A DNA stretch of 60,905 nt, counting the filler. It is 6 parts of 6 records of this genome, joined end to end, with 100 filler letters (N's around TTAATTAATTAA, not from the genome) between each part and the next. Parts side by side here need not be neighbours in the genome. Positions count along the whole stretch, not along the records: positions 1 to 11,879 come from SRR31156797_17896; positions 11,980 to 22,664 come from SRR31156797_17899; 4 more parts are not named here. The stretch is one strand, 5' to 3'. The notes under the pieces are model-generated. The model worked only from the letters and a program-made list of their open reading frames with translations. It searched no databases and was not told the DNA's origin. This document shows positions 1 to 12,157 of this stretch, one piece after another (within the stretch, counting starts at the first letter, position 1; each line of letters starts with the position of its first letter). The position numbers and the translations under genes are program-made.

Positions 1-1227
1 TCATTTGATCCCCCGCCCCAAGCCTGCAAAAAGATAACCATAGGATACATATCCGCAAATTTTCGCAACCACCCAATGGCACACCTTCTGGCAAGTCTTT
101 TCAAGCGTCATGACAGAAACGACTTTCAGGTTAACTGCTACTCCCTGGGTCCGGATGATAAAAGCATCTACAGACAACGCTTCATGAAGGACTCAGACAT
201 CTTCAGAGACATAAGAGACATGACCTACCAGGATGCCGCCCGGCAGATATATGATGACAAGGTGGACATTTTAGTGGATCTCATGGGGTACACCAAGGGG
301 AACAAAATGGAAATCGCAGCCCTGCGCCCTGCTCCGGTCCAGGTAAGATACATGGGACTTGCAGGCACAACCGGGGGAAACTTTTTTGATTACATCATAA
401 CCGATGAAATCGTCACGCCCAGGGATCAGTCCGTCCATTATTCTGAAAAATTCATCTACATGCCCCACACCTATCAAATAAACGACCAAAACAAAAAAAT
501 CTCTGAAACCTCCGTATCAAGAAAACAGTTTGACCTCCCGGAAGACAGTTTTGTATTCTGCTCATTCAACCAATCCTACAAGATAGATCCGGTAATATTC
601 GAAGCCTGGATGGACATACTGAAAAGAACAAAAAACAGCGTGCTATGGCTAATGCCCAAAGACAATAGAGCCAAAGAAAATTTATTGGCCCGTGCCAGGG
701 AACAAGGCATCAATAAACACAGACTTGTTTTTGCAGGCCGCCTCCCCCTGGAAGAACACATCGCAAGGCTCCGACTTGCAGATCTGGCCCTTGACACCCG
801 GACAATAGGAGGCGCGGCAACGACAAGTGATTCGCTCTGGGGGGGACTGCCCGTTATAACCCTGCTGGGAAGAAACTTTGCTTCGCGCATGTCAGCAAGC
901 ATTCTCTCCGCAATAGGACTTGAAGAACTTGTCACCAACACAGTTCAGGAATATGCGGAACTTGCCATAAGCCTTGCAGCCGACCGCACAAAACTTGGCA
1001 CATTACGAAACAAACTAAAAACCAACATTGATTCCATGCCTCTGTTTAACACACCTGCTTTTACAGCAAACCTTGAACAGGCATTTAAAAAGATCTGGGA
1101 GATATATCGATCCGGAGAAGCCCCACGGATAATTGATCTGAAAAAAAAGCCCACAGATATCACCTGTGGCACTTCACTGCAAACAGACACCTATAATTTT
1201 CAAATCGAAAGGATTTTAATGTATTGA
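1..1227 (+). CDS. O-GlcNAc transferase / SPINDLY (GT41) family glycosyltransferase, 5'-truncated by the window edge
   Basis: Frame is open from base 1 (KITIGYISANFRNHPMAHL). Motifs DILVDLMGYT, RPAPVQV, FCSFNQSYKI and ADLALDT...TTSDSLWGGLPVIT...FASRMSASIL are typical of the GT41 catalytic domain. Confidence 0.9.
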   Translation, partial: SFDPPPQACKKITIGYISANFRNHPMAHLLASLFKRHDRNDFQVNCYSLGPDDKSIYRQRFMKDSDIFRDIRDMTYQDAARQIYDDKVDILVDLMGYTKGNKMEIAALRPAPVQVRYMGLAGTTGGNFFDYIITDEIVTPRDQSVHYSEKFIYMPHTYQINDQNKKISETSVSRKQFDLPEDSFVFCSFNQSYKIDPVIFEAWMDILKRTKNSVLWLMPKDNRAKENLLARAREQGINKHRLVFAGRLPLEEHIARLRLADLALDTRTIGGAATTSDSLWGGLPVITLLGRNFASRMSASILSAIGLEELVTNTVQEYAELAISLAADRTKLGTLRNKLKTNIDSMPLFNTPAFTANLEQAFKKIWEIYRSGEAPRIIDLKKKPTDITCGTSLQTDTYNFQIERILMY

Positions 1228-1361
1228 CCCATGAAGGGGGGGGGGAATCGACACCAGGACAGTCAATAAGTCCGGGAAGTAAAGGTTGCTTTGCCATATA
1301 ACCATCTGATACTATTGGACCTGGTTTTTGAAAATACATTTTCTTTCCGAGGTTATTGTGA

Positions 1362-1484
1362 AGTTACATTGTTAATAAAAACACAAATCATCTAACGACA
1401 ATAAGCTTTCCAATGTTGCCTATACTTGAAAATGAGGAAGTTGAAACGGTTATTAAACTAATTGAAAGGTTTTATGAAAAATGA
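1362..1484 (+). pseudogene. C-terminal remnant of a DegT/DnrJ/EryC1/StrS sugar aminotransferase
   Basis: Stop-to-stop 40-codon frame ending TTISFPMLPILENEEVETVIKLIERFYEK*. It resembles the DegT C-terminus (compare PseC here: VLSLPIWPGMGAQEIETVIEQV). Its TGA overlaps the neuB ATG (ATGA). Confidence 0.6.
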
Positions 1485-2557
1485 GTGCTAAGATTGAAAA
1501 CGTTGAAGTATCACAATTGAAAAATGGAACCTACATTGTTTTAGAAGCAGGTCCAACTCTTTATGATTTGGAATCAGCAAAAAAGTTAGTAGACTGGGCA
1601 GTTGAAGCTGGCGCAAATGCCGTTAAATTTCAATTGGTTTATGCGGATCGATTAATGGCAGATAAAAACATTCCTTTTTCATATAAAGCACTTAAGATTG
1701 ATGAAGAAGGCAAAGAGATATTTTATGAAGTAACTGAGCCATTATATGATATTTTGAAAAGAAGAGAACTTGAAAAAGAAGAATGGAAAGAACTAAAAGA
1801 GTATTGTGATAAGAACAAAATAACAATGTTTTCGACTGCTGTGTATAAAGAAGATGTTGATTTTTTAGTCGATGATTTAAACATTGATAGTATTAAAATA
1901 TGTTCGTCTGATATAAATGAACTTGATTTTATAAAATATTGTGCATCGAAAGGTGTTAACATTCAATTGGATACTGGTAGTGCTGATCTTTGGGAAATTG
2001 AAAGAGCTGTAATTGTAGCTGAAGAAGCTGGTTGCAATAATATAATTATCCATTTATGTCCAACGGGCTATCCTGCACATACCGAAAGCGTTAATTTGAA
2101 AATGCTAAAAACATTGAAAACAATGTTTCCGGATTATTCTATCGCTTTTTCAGATCATTCACCTGGATGGGAAATGGACATTGCTGCAATTGCACTAGGA
2201 GCAGATATGGTTGAAAAAACAATAACTCTTGATAAAACCATTAAGAGTTGTGAACATTCTTTTTCATTAGAATTAGATGACGCAAAAAATTTTGTTAATA
2301 CCATTAGAGAAGTAGAAACCGCATTAGGCCATAATAGAAGAGTAATCCCAAGTAATATTAAAGAATCACGAAAACAAACAAGAAGATCACCATATGCATT
2401 AAAGGAGTTGGATGAAGGCACAGTCATATCAATTGATGATTTTGAATTTAAAAGGCCGGGCTTTGGAATCACTAGCGATGAATTTGGGCAATTTATTGGC
2501 AAAAGATTATCTAAACCAATAAAACTCAATGAGGCTTTAACTTATGATTATGTCTAA
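1481..2557 (+). CDS. N-acetylneuraminate (nonulosonate) synthase family protein, divergent NeuB with C-terminal SAF/AFP-like domain
   Basis: AGANAVKFQ, HLCPTGYPA, FSDHSPG and C-terminal RRS...KRPGFGI. Visibly AT-richer than the flanking genes. Confidence 0.9.
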   Translation: MSAKIENVEVSQLKNGTYIVLEAGPTLYDLESAKKLVDWAVEAGANAVKFQLVYADRLMADKNIPFSYKALKIDEEGKEIFYEVTEPLYDILKRRELEKEEWKELKEYCDKNKITMFSTAVYKEDVDFLVDDLNIDSIKICSSDINELDFIKYCASKGVNIQLDTGSADLWEIERAVIVAEEAGCNNIIIHLCPTGYPAHTESVNLKMLKTLKTMFPDYSIAFSDHSPGWEMDIAAIALGADMVEKTITLDKTIKSCEHSFSLELDDAKNFVNTIREVETALGHNRRVIPSNIKESRKQTRRSPYALKELDEGTVISIDDFEFKRPGFGITSDEFGQFIGKRLSKPIKLNEALTYDYV

Positions 2558-3239
2558 AAATGTATGTCTGATTCCTGCAAAAGCAGCCTCAACCAGATTG
2601 AAAAAGAAAAATATTCTTAAAATTAATGGTAAAGAAATGATTTCTTATTCAATTAAAGCCGCTTTCGATTCTGATTTATTTGAAGATGGAGACATTATAG
2701 TATCAACCGAATCAAATGAAGTAGCAGAGATTGCAAAAAAATATGGTGCTAACATTCCTTATATGAGGGATGAAAAACTTGCTCATGATCCTTATGGTGT
2801 CAAGGATGTGGCTTTAGATTTTTTAGAGAAAAATTCAAAATACCAAGATTATGATAATCTTTTCATTTTACTTCCTACAGCGCCTTTGGTCTTAGGTAAA
2901 GATCTTACTGAAGCATTTTCAATTTTCAATAAGGGCAATCATCGTTACCTTATGTCAGTTTCAGAAACGGATCATAATGCATTAAGAAGTTCTTTTGTTG
3001 AAAATGGTTTTTTAAAACCACTCTTTCCTGAAAAAATACTTAAAAGATCACAGGAGTTAGAGCCGACCTATCATATTAATGCAGCTGTTACAATTGTTAA
3101 CATACAAGATTTCATGCGAACCAAGACCTATTTCACTTTTCCTTTAGGTGTATATATTATGCCAAGGGAGAGATCGATTGATGTTGACACCGAAATTGAT
3201 TATAAAATTGCAAAAGTATTGATTAAAGATGGATGTTAG
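2550..3239 (+). CDS. Acylneuraminate cytidylyltransferase (CMP-nonulosonate synthetase, NeuA family)
   Basis: IPAKAASTRLKKKNI, VSTES, LLPTAPL, RSQEL and SIDVDTEID motifs. Overlaps the neuB stop. Confidence 0.9.
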   Translation: MSKNVCLIPAKAASTRLKKKNILKINGKEMISYSIKAAFDSDLFEDGDIIVSTESNEVAEIAKKYGANIPYMRDEKLAHDPYGVKDVALDFLEKNSKYQDYDNLFILLPTAPLVLGKDLTEAFSIFNKGNHRYLMSVSETDHNALRSSFVENGFLKPLFPEKILKRSQELEPTYHINAAVTIVNIQDFMRTKTYFTFPLGVYIMPRERSIDVDTEIDYKIAKVLIKDGC

Positions 3240-3276
3240 GCACGAGGGGGGTAAATTCCCTTTTCCCCGATTTAAG

Positions 3277-3322
3277 AAGAGGGGCCTGGCTCAAAAGCTG
3301 CTGAGCCAAGCCCCCTTTTTTG
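3277..3322. terminator. Rho-independent terminator between convergent neuA and methylase genes
   Basis: Stem GGGGCCTGGCTCA / TGAGCCAAGCCCC followed by a T-run. Confidence 0.7.
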
Positions 3323-3332
3323 TTATCCGTCA

Positions 3333-3983
3333 TTAAGCCGGGCCGACTTTTTTTAACATATACATCTGGTCGACATTCGTATTTTCGATGTACTGAACCA
3401 TTCTTTTTTGTACGAGTTCAAGGTCTGGAAACTGTTTCTGGAAATGGGCCGCGTAGTCGGATTTCCATAACAAATCATTGTGTCCGCGGTATGAGACTTC
3501 GGTAAGGGTTTCTGCAAAATACTCAAATCCCCAGATCCGGCTGGCGCTGCACCGATACATTTCAGACATCACCTTCTCCAAATTTTCCGGGCTTATGTGG
3601 ATAAGAACGCCTGAGGTATATACCAGATCGAAATAGTCATCCTTAAAGGGAATATCAAAGGCTGACCCCTGGATCAGATTGATATTCTTTGTTAAAGATT
3701 TGGCTTTTTCCACTGCATACGATTGCAGTTCGATGCCATAGAGATTGGTAAACCCCATCAATTGAAGCGCTTGCAGTTGTATGCCAATGTTTACACCTAC
3801 TTCCAGGATTCGAATAGAACGATCCAAAGAGTTCAGGAATTCTTTGTTTAACGCAGATCGGGTGAAACCAAATTGTTTTTGGTAAAGCGCGTTCATTTCA
3901 TCGACGGATTGTGGATTCCGATTCGTATAGGCACGGCCAAATTCGCCAGACCATATCTCTTCCTGGGTGTTTTTTTTATGCAT
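3333..3983 (-). CDS. Pseudaminic acid biosynthesis-associated SAM methyltransferase
   Basis: QEEIWSGEFGRAYTNRN, ILEVGVNIG and FDLVYTSGVLIHI. Directly downstream of pseI, with an AAGGA RBS before the ATG at 3983. Confidence 0.85.
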   Translation of the reverse strand: MHKKNTQEEIWSGEFGRAYTNRNPQSVDEMNALYQKQFGFTRSALNKEFLNSLDRSIRILEVGVNIGIQLQALQLMGFTNLYGIELQSYAVEKAKSLTKNINLIQGSAFDIPFKDDYFDLVYTSGVLIHISPENLEKVMSEMYRCSASRIWGFEYFAETLTEVSYRGHNDLLWKSDYAAHFQKQFPDLELVQKRMVQYIENTNVDQMYMLKKVGPA

Positions 3984-4051
3984 GGATGATTTCCTTTTGA
4001 ATTGTTGCTTCATCGTTTCGGTCCGACTTCAAAGGCGTACCGCAATATTTC

Positions 4052-4078
4052 TGTCAGCCAAATATTGCTTGGCTGACA
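4052..4078. repeat. Perfect 10-bp inverted repeat between pseI and the methylase
   Basis: TGTCAGCCAA-N7-TTGGCTGACA. Confidence 0.5.
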
Positions 4079-4098
4079 ATGGCGTCATCACTATAATC

Positions 4099-5151
4099 CT
4101 AATCTGAATTTATCATTTCCCAAGCCAATGGGGTCCCTTTCTTGATATTTTCTTTGGCCATTTTTCCTAAAACGGTGTGAAAATATTTTGGAGGCAAACC
4201 ATGCCCCGGTCTTATCGAGCGAATGTTCTTATCGGTCAGTTTTCCCCCTTTCTTAATATTTTCCACAACAAAAAGAGAGCGCCTGAACACTTTGCTTGCT
4301 TTCTGGCTATCCGTAAGCTCATAACAGATTTTCCCCAATGCTTTTTCGACCGTTCTGATATCATGGACCATCTGTTTAAATTCATGGGGTTCCATGGAAA
4401 AGGCTGAATCCGGTCCCGGGTCCTTTCTGCTCAAGCAGAAATGCTTTTCCACGATGCAGGCTCCAAGCGCTATTGCGGCAGTTGCAACCGTGCTTCCCAT
4501 GGTATGATCGGAGAGCCCGGCAGGCAGGTTGAACTTTTCTGATAGATGGGGGATGGTCCGCAGGTTCGCTTCTTCTGGCGATGCCGGGTAGGCGGAGGTA
4601 CACTTAAGCAGGGCTATCTCCTTACATCCGTTTTCTCTCAGGGTTTTAACAGCCTCATCGATCTCATCCAGGGTGGCCATGCCGGTGGACATGATGACGG
4701 GTTTACCGGTTTCGGCAACTTTTTTCAGCAATCCTGTATCCACCAGTTCAAACGAAGCGATCTTATAGGCAGGAACAGTCATGGATTCCAGAAAATCAAC
4801 GGCGGAGCCGTCAAAAGGGGTGGAAAAAAGATCCAGTCCAAGGGCATCTGCTTCTCTTTTCAATTTCGGTTGCCACTCCCAGGGAGTGTAAGCCTCTTTG
4901 TAGAGTTGATAGAGATTTTTGTCCTTCCAAAGCGTCCCCTTGATTTTGAAAAACTCATTGTTACAGTCGATGGTTATCGTGTCGGGAGTGTAAGTCTGAA
5001 GCTTTACCGCATCGGCTCCTGCTTCTTTTGCGGCTTTTAAAATTTGTAAAGCTTTATCATAACTATGGTTATGATTGGCAGACATTTCAGCGATAATATA
5101 AACCGGCGTGTCCGGTGAAATCCGTCTATTGTTTATATGTATTTTATTCAT
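4099..5151 (-). CDS. pseI: Pseudaminic acid synthase
   Basis: IIAEMSANHN, AVKLQTYTPDTIT, KCTSAYPA, GLSDHT, EKHF and DSAFSMEP, within a pse cluster. Confidence 0.92.
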   Translation of the reverse strand: MNKIHINNRRISPDTPVYIIAEMSANHNHSYDKALQILKAAKEAGADAVKLQTYTPDTITIDCNNEFFKIKGTLWKDKNLYQLYKEAYTPWEWQPKLKREADALGLDLFSTPFDGSAVDFLESMTVPAYKIASFELVDTGLLKKVAETGKPVIMSTGMATLDEIDEAVKTLRENGCKEIALLKCTSAYPASPEEANLRTIPHLSEKFNLPAGLSDHTMGSTVATAAIALGACIVEKHFCLSRKDPGPDSAFSMEPHEFKQMVHDIRTVEKALGKICYELTDSQKASKVFRRSLFVVENIKKGGKLTDKNIRSIRPGHGLPPKYFHTVLGKMAKENIKKGTPLAWEMINSD

Positions 5152-6677
5152 GATTTGGGATGTAATAATTTTTGATAAACACTGTGGGTGGGAAAAGGCT
5201 TCTCACGGGTCGTTTCCAATAAGGTGAATCCACACTTCTCAAAGCTTGTCCTTGATGTGATATTCCCTTGTTTTATCCTTCCCTGGATCGTTACAGGCAT
5301 GTCAATGCAGTTTTGCATCGTCTTGAGACCGGCTGAGAGAAGCGTTTTCCCCAGGCCCAAGCCCCGGAATTCTTTTGCCAGGGAGTAGCTTATTTCCGCG
5401 GTTGAATTATTAAGGTCAAATCTTATCTGTCCAACTGGAATTTCAGACTGGTTTTCAGCGATGAATATCCAGGATTTATTGTTGTTCAGCTTCTCTTCGA
5501 GCCATTGCAGATGCGTGCCCCATGGTATAGGATCCGAATGAAACGATGACGATCTTACTTCTGCATCGTTGGCCCATTGCCACAGAAGGTTGGCATCGCT
5601 ATTCTTTACCGGCCTGACGGTTATTTTGCCGGCAAGCATGTGTCTGATGATTCGCCTGGTCCCTTTGCCATCAATCAGGGCTTTGCCAGATTTTACCATG
5701 CGGTTTCTTTTGTCGGGATCATGGGATAGTGCCATAATGGCCTGGGCAATCGAATCCGTTGTCAGGGACTCCTTTTTCCCAAGGTCAATAGCTGCTTCCC
5801 GTGTGCTCAGTTCCGAAACGATGGTATTCTGATTTTCAGCCAGTGAAATTGTCAGAAATGGAACCCCCATGAAACATAGTTCCCAGCAGGTGCTTCCCCC
5901 TGCTGATATGGCCATGTCTGCCCAGGCCATAAGATTTTGCATATCAGGGTTTTGAATTAATTCTATCTTACAATAATGCTGTTGAACCGCGTGGGTTAAT
6001 GTTTTTAGGTGTGGGTTGGCCGGACCAATTGCGATTTTGACCGCTATATCGGGATCACTGATCTGTTGTATCGCTTGTATCATTGTCAAGGTAAAATTGT
6101 CAAAATCGGCTCCACCCAAGGAGATCAGAATCGATCTTGCCTTGGACGGCGTCTTTTTATCGGCACGTTGTTTTTTTAGAAATTCATTGCGCAGCATTAC
6201 GTAGTCTGTCCCCCAAATCAGATGGGTATCATTGCTGCAGCAATAATTGTATCGATTCGCTCCAATGTTCTGATTCAGTAGAAGATCTGCATTATATTGA
6301 TCCAGGTGGTTATAGTCGTCAATCACCAGCAGCTTGAAGCCTTGTTTACGTATTGAACGCTGGTAGTCATGGGTGAAATGGTAACCATCAATGACGAGCC
6401 AGTCTGCACCATCCCTGGGAGAGGAGACAGCTGTGCTGGATTGGAGTATCTTCAGGGTTTGTTCCAAATCCTGGGGGTGGGGCCATTGTTTTTCAATGGG
6501 GTGAAGGTTAAACCCTTCGGAATCAATACGTTGCATTATCTGATGGCTTTTACAGTAACTGAGAAACGTGACAGAGCCGCCTCTTTTCTTCCAGGCCTGG
6601 GCCAGGGCGATACACCGCATCATATGACCTGTTCCCATTTCGGCTGTGGCATCGGCGCGAATAAATAATTGATTCAT
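5148..6677 (-). CDS. pseG: UDP-2,4-diacetamido-2,4,6-trideoxy-altropyranose hydrolase PseG fused to a GNAT N-acetyltransferase (PseH-like)
   Basis: N-terminal RADA..MGTGHMMRCIALA, VIDGYH, LGGAD and AISAGGSTCWE. C-terminal GNAT WQWAND.EVR...VGQIRFD...FRGLGLG. Confidence 0.88.
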   Translation of the reverse strand: MNQLFIRADATAEMGTGHMMRCIALAQAWKKRGGSVTFLSYCKSHQIMQRIDSEGFNLHPIEKQWPHPQDLEQTLKILQSSTAVSSPRDGADWLVIDGYHFTHDYQRSIRKQGFKLLVIDDYNHLDQYNADLLLNQNIGANRYNYCCSNDTHLIWGTDYVMLRNEFLKKQRADKKTPSKARSILISLGGADFDNFTLTMIQAIQQISDPDIAVKIAIGPANPHLKTLTHAVQQHYCKIELIQNPDMQNLMAWADMAISAGGSTCWELCFMGVPFLTISLAENQNTIVSELSTREAAIDLGKKESLTTDSIAQAIMALSHDPDKRNRMVKSGKALIDGKGTRRIIRHMLAGKITVRPVKNSDANLLWQWANDAEVRSSSFHSDPIPWGTHLQWLEEKLNNNKSWIFIAENQSEIPVGQIRFDLNNSTAEISYSLAKEFRGLGLGKTLLSAGLKTMQNCIDMPVTIQGRIKQGNITSRTSFEKCGFTLLETTREKPFPTHSVYQKLLHPKS

Positions 6678-6786
6678 TTGAAACCCTTCATTTGAACCGC
6701 ACTGATGGATTTGCCGCAGAAGTTTTTGATGTTTTTGCGTGGGATGCGCTTGCTTTCCCCCCTTGCAGGAATAATGGCTACATTCA

Positions 6787-6787
<1 letters not shown>
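6674..6787 (-). pseudogene. pseF: Internally deleted pseudaminic acid cytidylyltransferase (pseF remnant, 37 aa)
   Basis: Translates as MNVAIIPARGESKRIPRKNIKNFCGKSISAVQMKGFK*. The first ~27 residues match the canonical PseF/NeuA N-terminus. The start overlaps the pseC stop (TAATG) and the stop overlaps the pseG start (ATGA). Confidence 0.85.
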
Positions 6788-8969
<2,182 letters not shown>

Positions 8970-9112
8970 TCAGACGAAAATCCATTAATAGATTGTGCCC
9001 GGCATCGCTTTTGCCTCGTCCTCCATGGGTGGAAAAAGCGTTATTGATACAGGCAAATCCGGTCTGTCAGATAAGTCGTGCTGATTTGTCAAAAAAATGA
9101 CAGGGGTTGGTT

Positions 9113-9220
9113 GTAAAGTGGACCCCATCTCAAGACCGATTTTCCGGTGTCAATTTGAACCGACCCTTACCACTTGCTCTGTAGCTTAGCGACTGGTTAA
9201 AATTTTGGGGTCCATTATAC
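9113..9220. mobile_element. 108-bp non-autonomous element / IS remnant bounded by imperfect terminal inverted repeats
   Basis: GTAAAGTGGACCCCA (9113-9127) and TGGGGTCCATTATAC (9206-9220) are 13/15 reverse-complementary. The ends are reminiscent of IS3-family termini. Confidence 0.45.
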
Positions 9221-11879
9221 TCAACCAAGCTCAATCATTTTTTTAAACTGTTGGTATGCTTCGTAAGCTGCATCAAGATTTCCAAGTTTAGTATAACAGT
9301 CTCCCATTTTCTTTAAAGCAATGAAATGTTCAGGTGATGCAGTAAACCACTGCTCATAAGCCGCAATCGCATCCGTCAGGAGCCCCTCATTTTGCAGGTT
9401 ATCACCAATATTTTCCCAATAGACGGCATAGTTCCTGTCCTTTGCAACAGCGATGTTCAGATGCTTGATCCCTTCATCGAATTTATTTTGCGCAAACAAA
9501 ACATCTGTCAGAAGCACATGGAGATCAGGATTTTGGGGCGTATACGCCAAAGCTTTGCTGAAGCTTTCAAACGCCCCTGAAAAATCTTTTTTTGCAGTAA
9601 ACAGCATTCCCTGATATTTATAATAATCAGCTTTCTGGTCAGCATTTAAAATTTTCGGCAGGTGGGGATTATTTTCCAAGGGCGCTCGCCAAAACGCTAG
9701 AATAGAATCAATTCGCGCAATCGAATCTGTTTTAAGGTGTTCCTGAACTTCTTTAAGATCCTCGTTAAAATAGGAGACCAATTTTGTCTTTATGACCTTG
9801 TGATCAGAATTGTACCTCACCCCCTTCAGCAACATCCGTATTACGATATTTTTTTCACCAGATGCAGACTTTTTATCTGCAAATGCCAAATATTGATTCC
9901 CCATCTCAAATTGAAATGCACGGATTTGTTCTGCAAACTCAAAATCATCATCCACAGCCTTTTCAAAAAAACGCTCTGATTTTTCATAATCGGTCTGATA
10001 TGCGGCAATGACGCCAAGATAAAAATATAATTCAGCACTGTCCGGCGTGGCTGACGCCATCTTGCTAAGATCGAAATTCTCCAGCAGACGCCTTGCAAGC
10101 ATATAATTACCGGTATCAACATAAACCCTTGCAAGCTCAACATTTTTTTGCTTGTTATTCTCCTCGGTTTCAAGCTTACCAATCAGCTTTGTTTCTTTTT
10201 CGTGAAACTCCAGGACCGTATCGATATTACCTTCAAGCAGATCCAAAACCTCAATGCGCACACGATTGATAAGTTCCAGGCGTTCCATACTCAAAGAAAG
10301 CCATTCCAGATATCGGGCAGGATCATCCTTGCATAGGGCGGCTTTCTGCTTCAGCCGCTCACTTTGCTTGAGTCCTTCCATTGTGATATCTTCCAAAAGT
10401 TTCCAGACCTTATCCTCTTTATCTATTTTACTATGACAGGAATCGATTTCTGCAATCTGTTTCTGCATTGATTTAGGAAGGGTGTCAAATGACCTGTACC
10501 TTCCCTTGTTCTTGCGGCACTTTTTCAATTCATGCTGAACCCTGCGCCCCAGGGCATCTGCCTTTTTGATAAGTTTTCGAAGTTTTGTAACGGTTTTGTT
10601 AACAAATCGGAACTCGGCAAGCATTGCCTTTGGATCGATCAGATCCGCACCCATGGCGCAATTTTTCACCCGAAATGAAATTCCCTGCCTGTTTTTACAA
10701 TATGTATCCAGCACTTCCCTGAGTGGCACAGCCTCAGTCCCTTTAATATGGACCCCGCCTTCGGTTGCATTTATGTAATGGCCTGGGTTTTTCTCTATCA
10801 TTTGTTCAAACGTTGTTTTATGTGTCAAAAACCCCCGGGAGGTCGCGACCTTCTCCCCGTTGATGCCGTCAACCGTTATCATATCCCTGGAGGCCAAAAG
10901 CTCTTCCATCTGTTTCCGACTTGTCAAAGCCACATCACCGGCATGGTCTTTTGAATCCGTATACGCCAGGTCCTGTCCTGTAAACACAATAGGAGAACAT
11001 CCCATGATTACAGCCGCAATCATGTTCATATGGGCCACAGTCCCGGCCCCGCCGCTATGAATGCTCCCCCCCATCAAAGAATTCAGCCATTTTTCAATGG
11101 GGTTGCCGGAAAACGACCAAAAGACCCGATCCGCGGGAAACACCTTGGGAATTTTAGGATGAGCCCACGCCGAGCATATTAAATACGGCACTCCTTCCAC
11201 CTGGGGAACCACATCGGCAAATTTTTCATAGGTCATTTCCTGGGGATCGATGGATGTGACAAAATCAGGGATAATGTTACGCTTTAAAAGTGTCGGTAAA
11301 ACAGTATCAACCGCCAGGATCACCGCCTTGCCCTTGGCCTCCTTTAAAAGATGAATATTCTTATCAAGGGAAGGGCCGCCCGCAACCATGATGGCGGGAA
11401 TCCCGGCAAACTTCTCCCTAAGACTCTCCAGCAGGCAGCTGTGATGAATGGATGTCAGATGAACAAACCGGTTGTTGATGAAGTCGTTCCCAAACTTTAA
11501 AGTTGTGGCGGCACCGATATTCAACTGATTGGCATAGGCAAAGACCAGATCATAAAGCCTTTGATAAACTTGATTTTCAAGGGTAAACATGGGCAGATGC
11601 TTAAGCATGTGAGCGGGTTCAAGCCTCAAAACCAAACTTGCCGGGGCAAGCACTCTTTCCACGTCCGGTTCTTTCCCTATGGCCAGAATAAGCCTGGAAT
11701 CGGAAAGCATGGACGACAAGTCCATATGTTCAAGAGCCTGCAAAAATATTCCGGGATCAGCCTCAAACGCAACCAAATACCTGAGATTGGGTCTTTCCCG
11801 AAGCAAAGCCAGAGGGGTATAACCAAGCCCCATGCCGACCAATGCAACCACCCCCATGGAACTTGCAGGCACCATGTTA
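9221..11879 (-). CDS. Motility-associated factor (Maf / DUF115 MptE-like) flagellin glycosyltransferase with C-terminal TPRs, 5'-truncated
   Basis: GMGLGY, AGGPSLDKNI, AVDT, PDFVTSID, GGAGTVA, GQDLAY...H and INATEGG, followed by TPR-like helices. Confidence 0.85.
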
Positions 11880-11979
11880 NNNNNNNNNNNNNNNNNNNNN
11901 NNNNNNNNNNNNNNNNNNNNNNNTTAATTAATTAANNNNNNNNNNNNNNNNNNNNNNNNNNNNNNNNNNNNNNNNNNNN
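11880..11979. other. Artificial contig linker 1
   Basis: 44 N + TTAATTAATTAA (stops in all six frames) + 44 N, with a composition shift across it. Confidence 0.99.
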
Positions 11980-11980
11980 C

Positions 11981-12133
11981 TGGCTGCCCGTATCCATGAT
12001 GTGGCAGGACCTGGGCCTGGACCGGGGAGTGATTGCCAAGGCCATGGCCGCCGCCGGATTCAAAACCATCTCCTCCAGGCCGGTGGCCTTTGGCCTGGGC
12101 ACCATGGACCTGGACATTGCCCAAAAACCCTGA
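11981..12133 (+). CDS. C-terminal fragment of a probable class I SAM O-methyltransferase
   Basis: Open frame WLPVSMMWQDLGLDRGVIAKAMAAAGFKTISSRPVAFGLGTMDLDIAQKP*. The AGF...IA.K ending is typical of such methyltransferases. Confidence 0.45.
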   Translation, partial: WLPVSMMWQDLGLDRGVIAKAMAAAGFKTISSRPVAFGLGTMDLDIAQKP

Positions 12134-12157
12134 TCCCGAATGAAAGGAACGCCCCAG

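Noticed and set aside
9000-9015. Sigma-54-like CGGCATCGCTTTTGC on the plus strand
   Set aside because: It has correct GG-N10-GC spacing but points away from pseB, with no sense gene downstream. Cannot be distinguished from chance or a relic.
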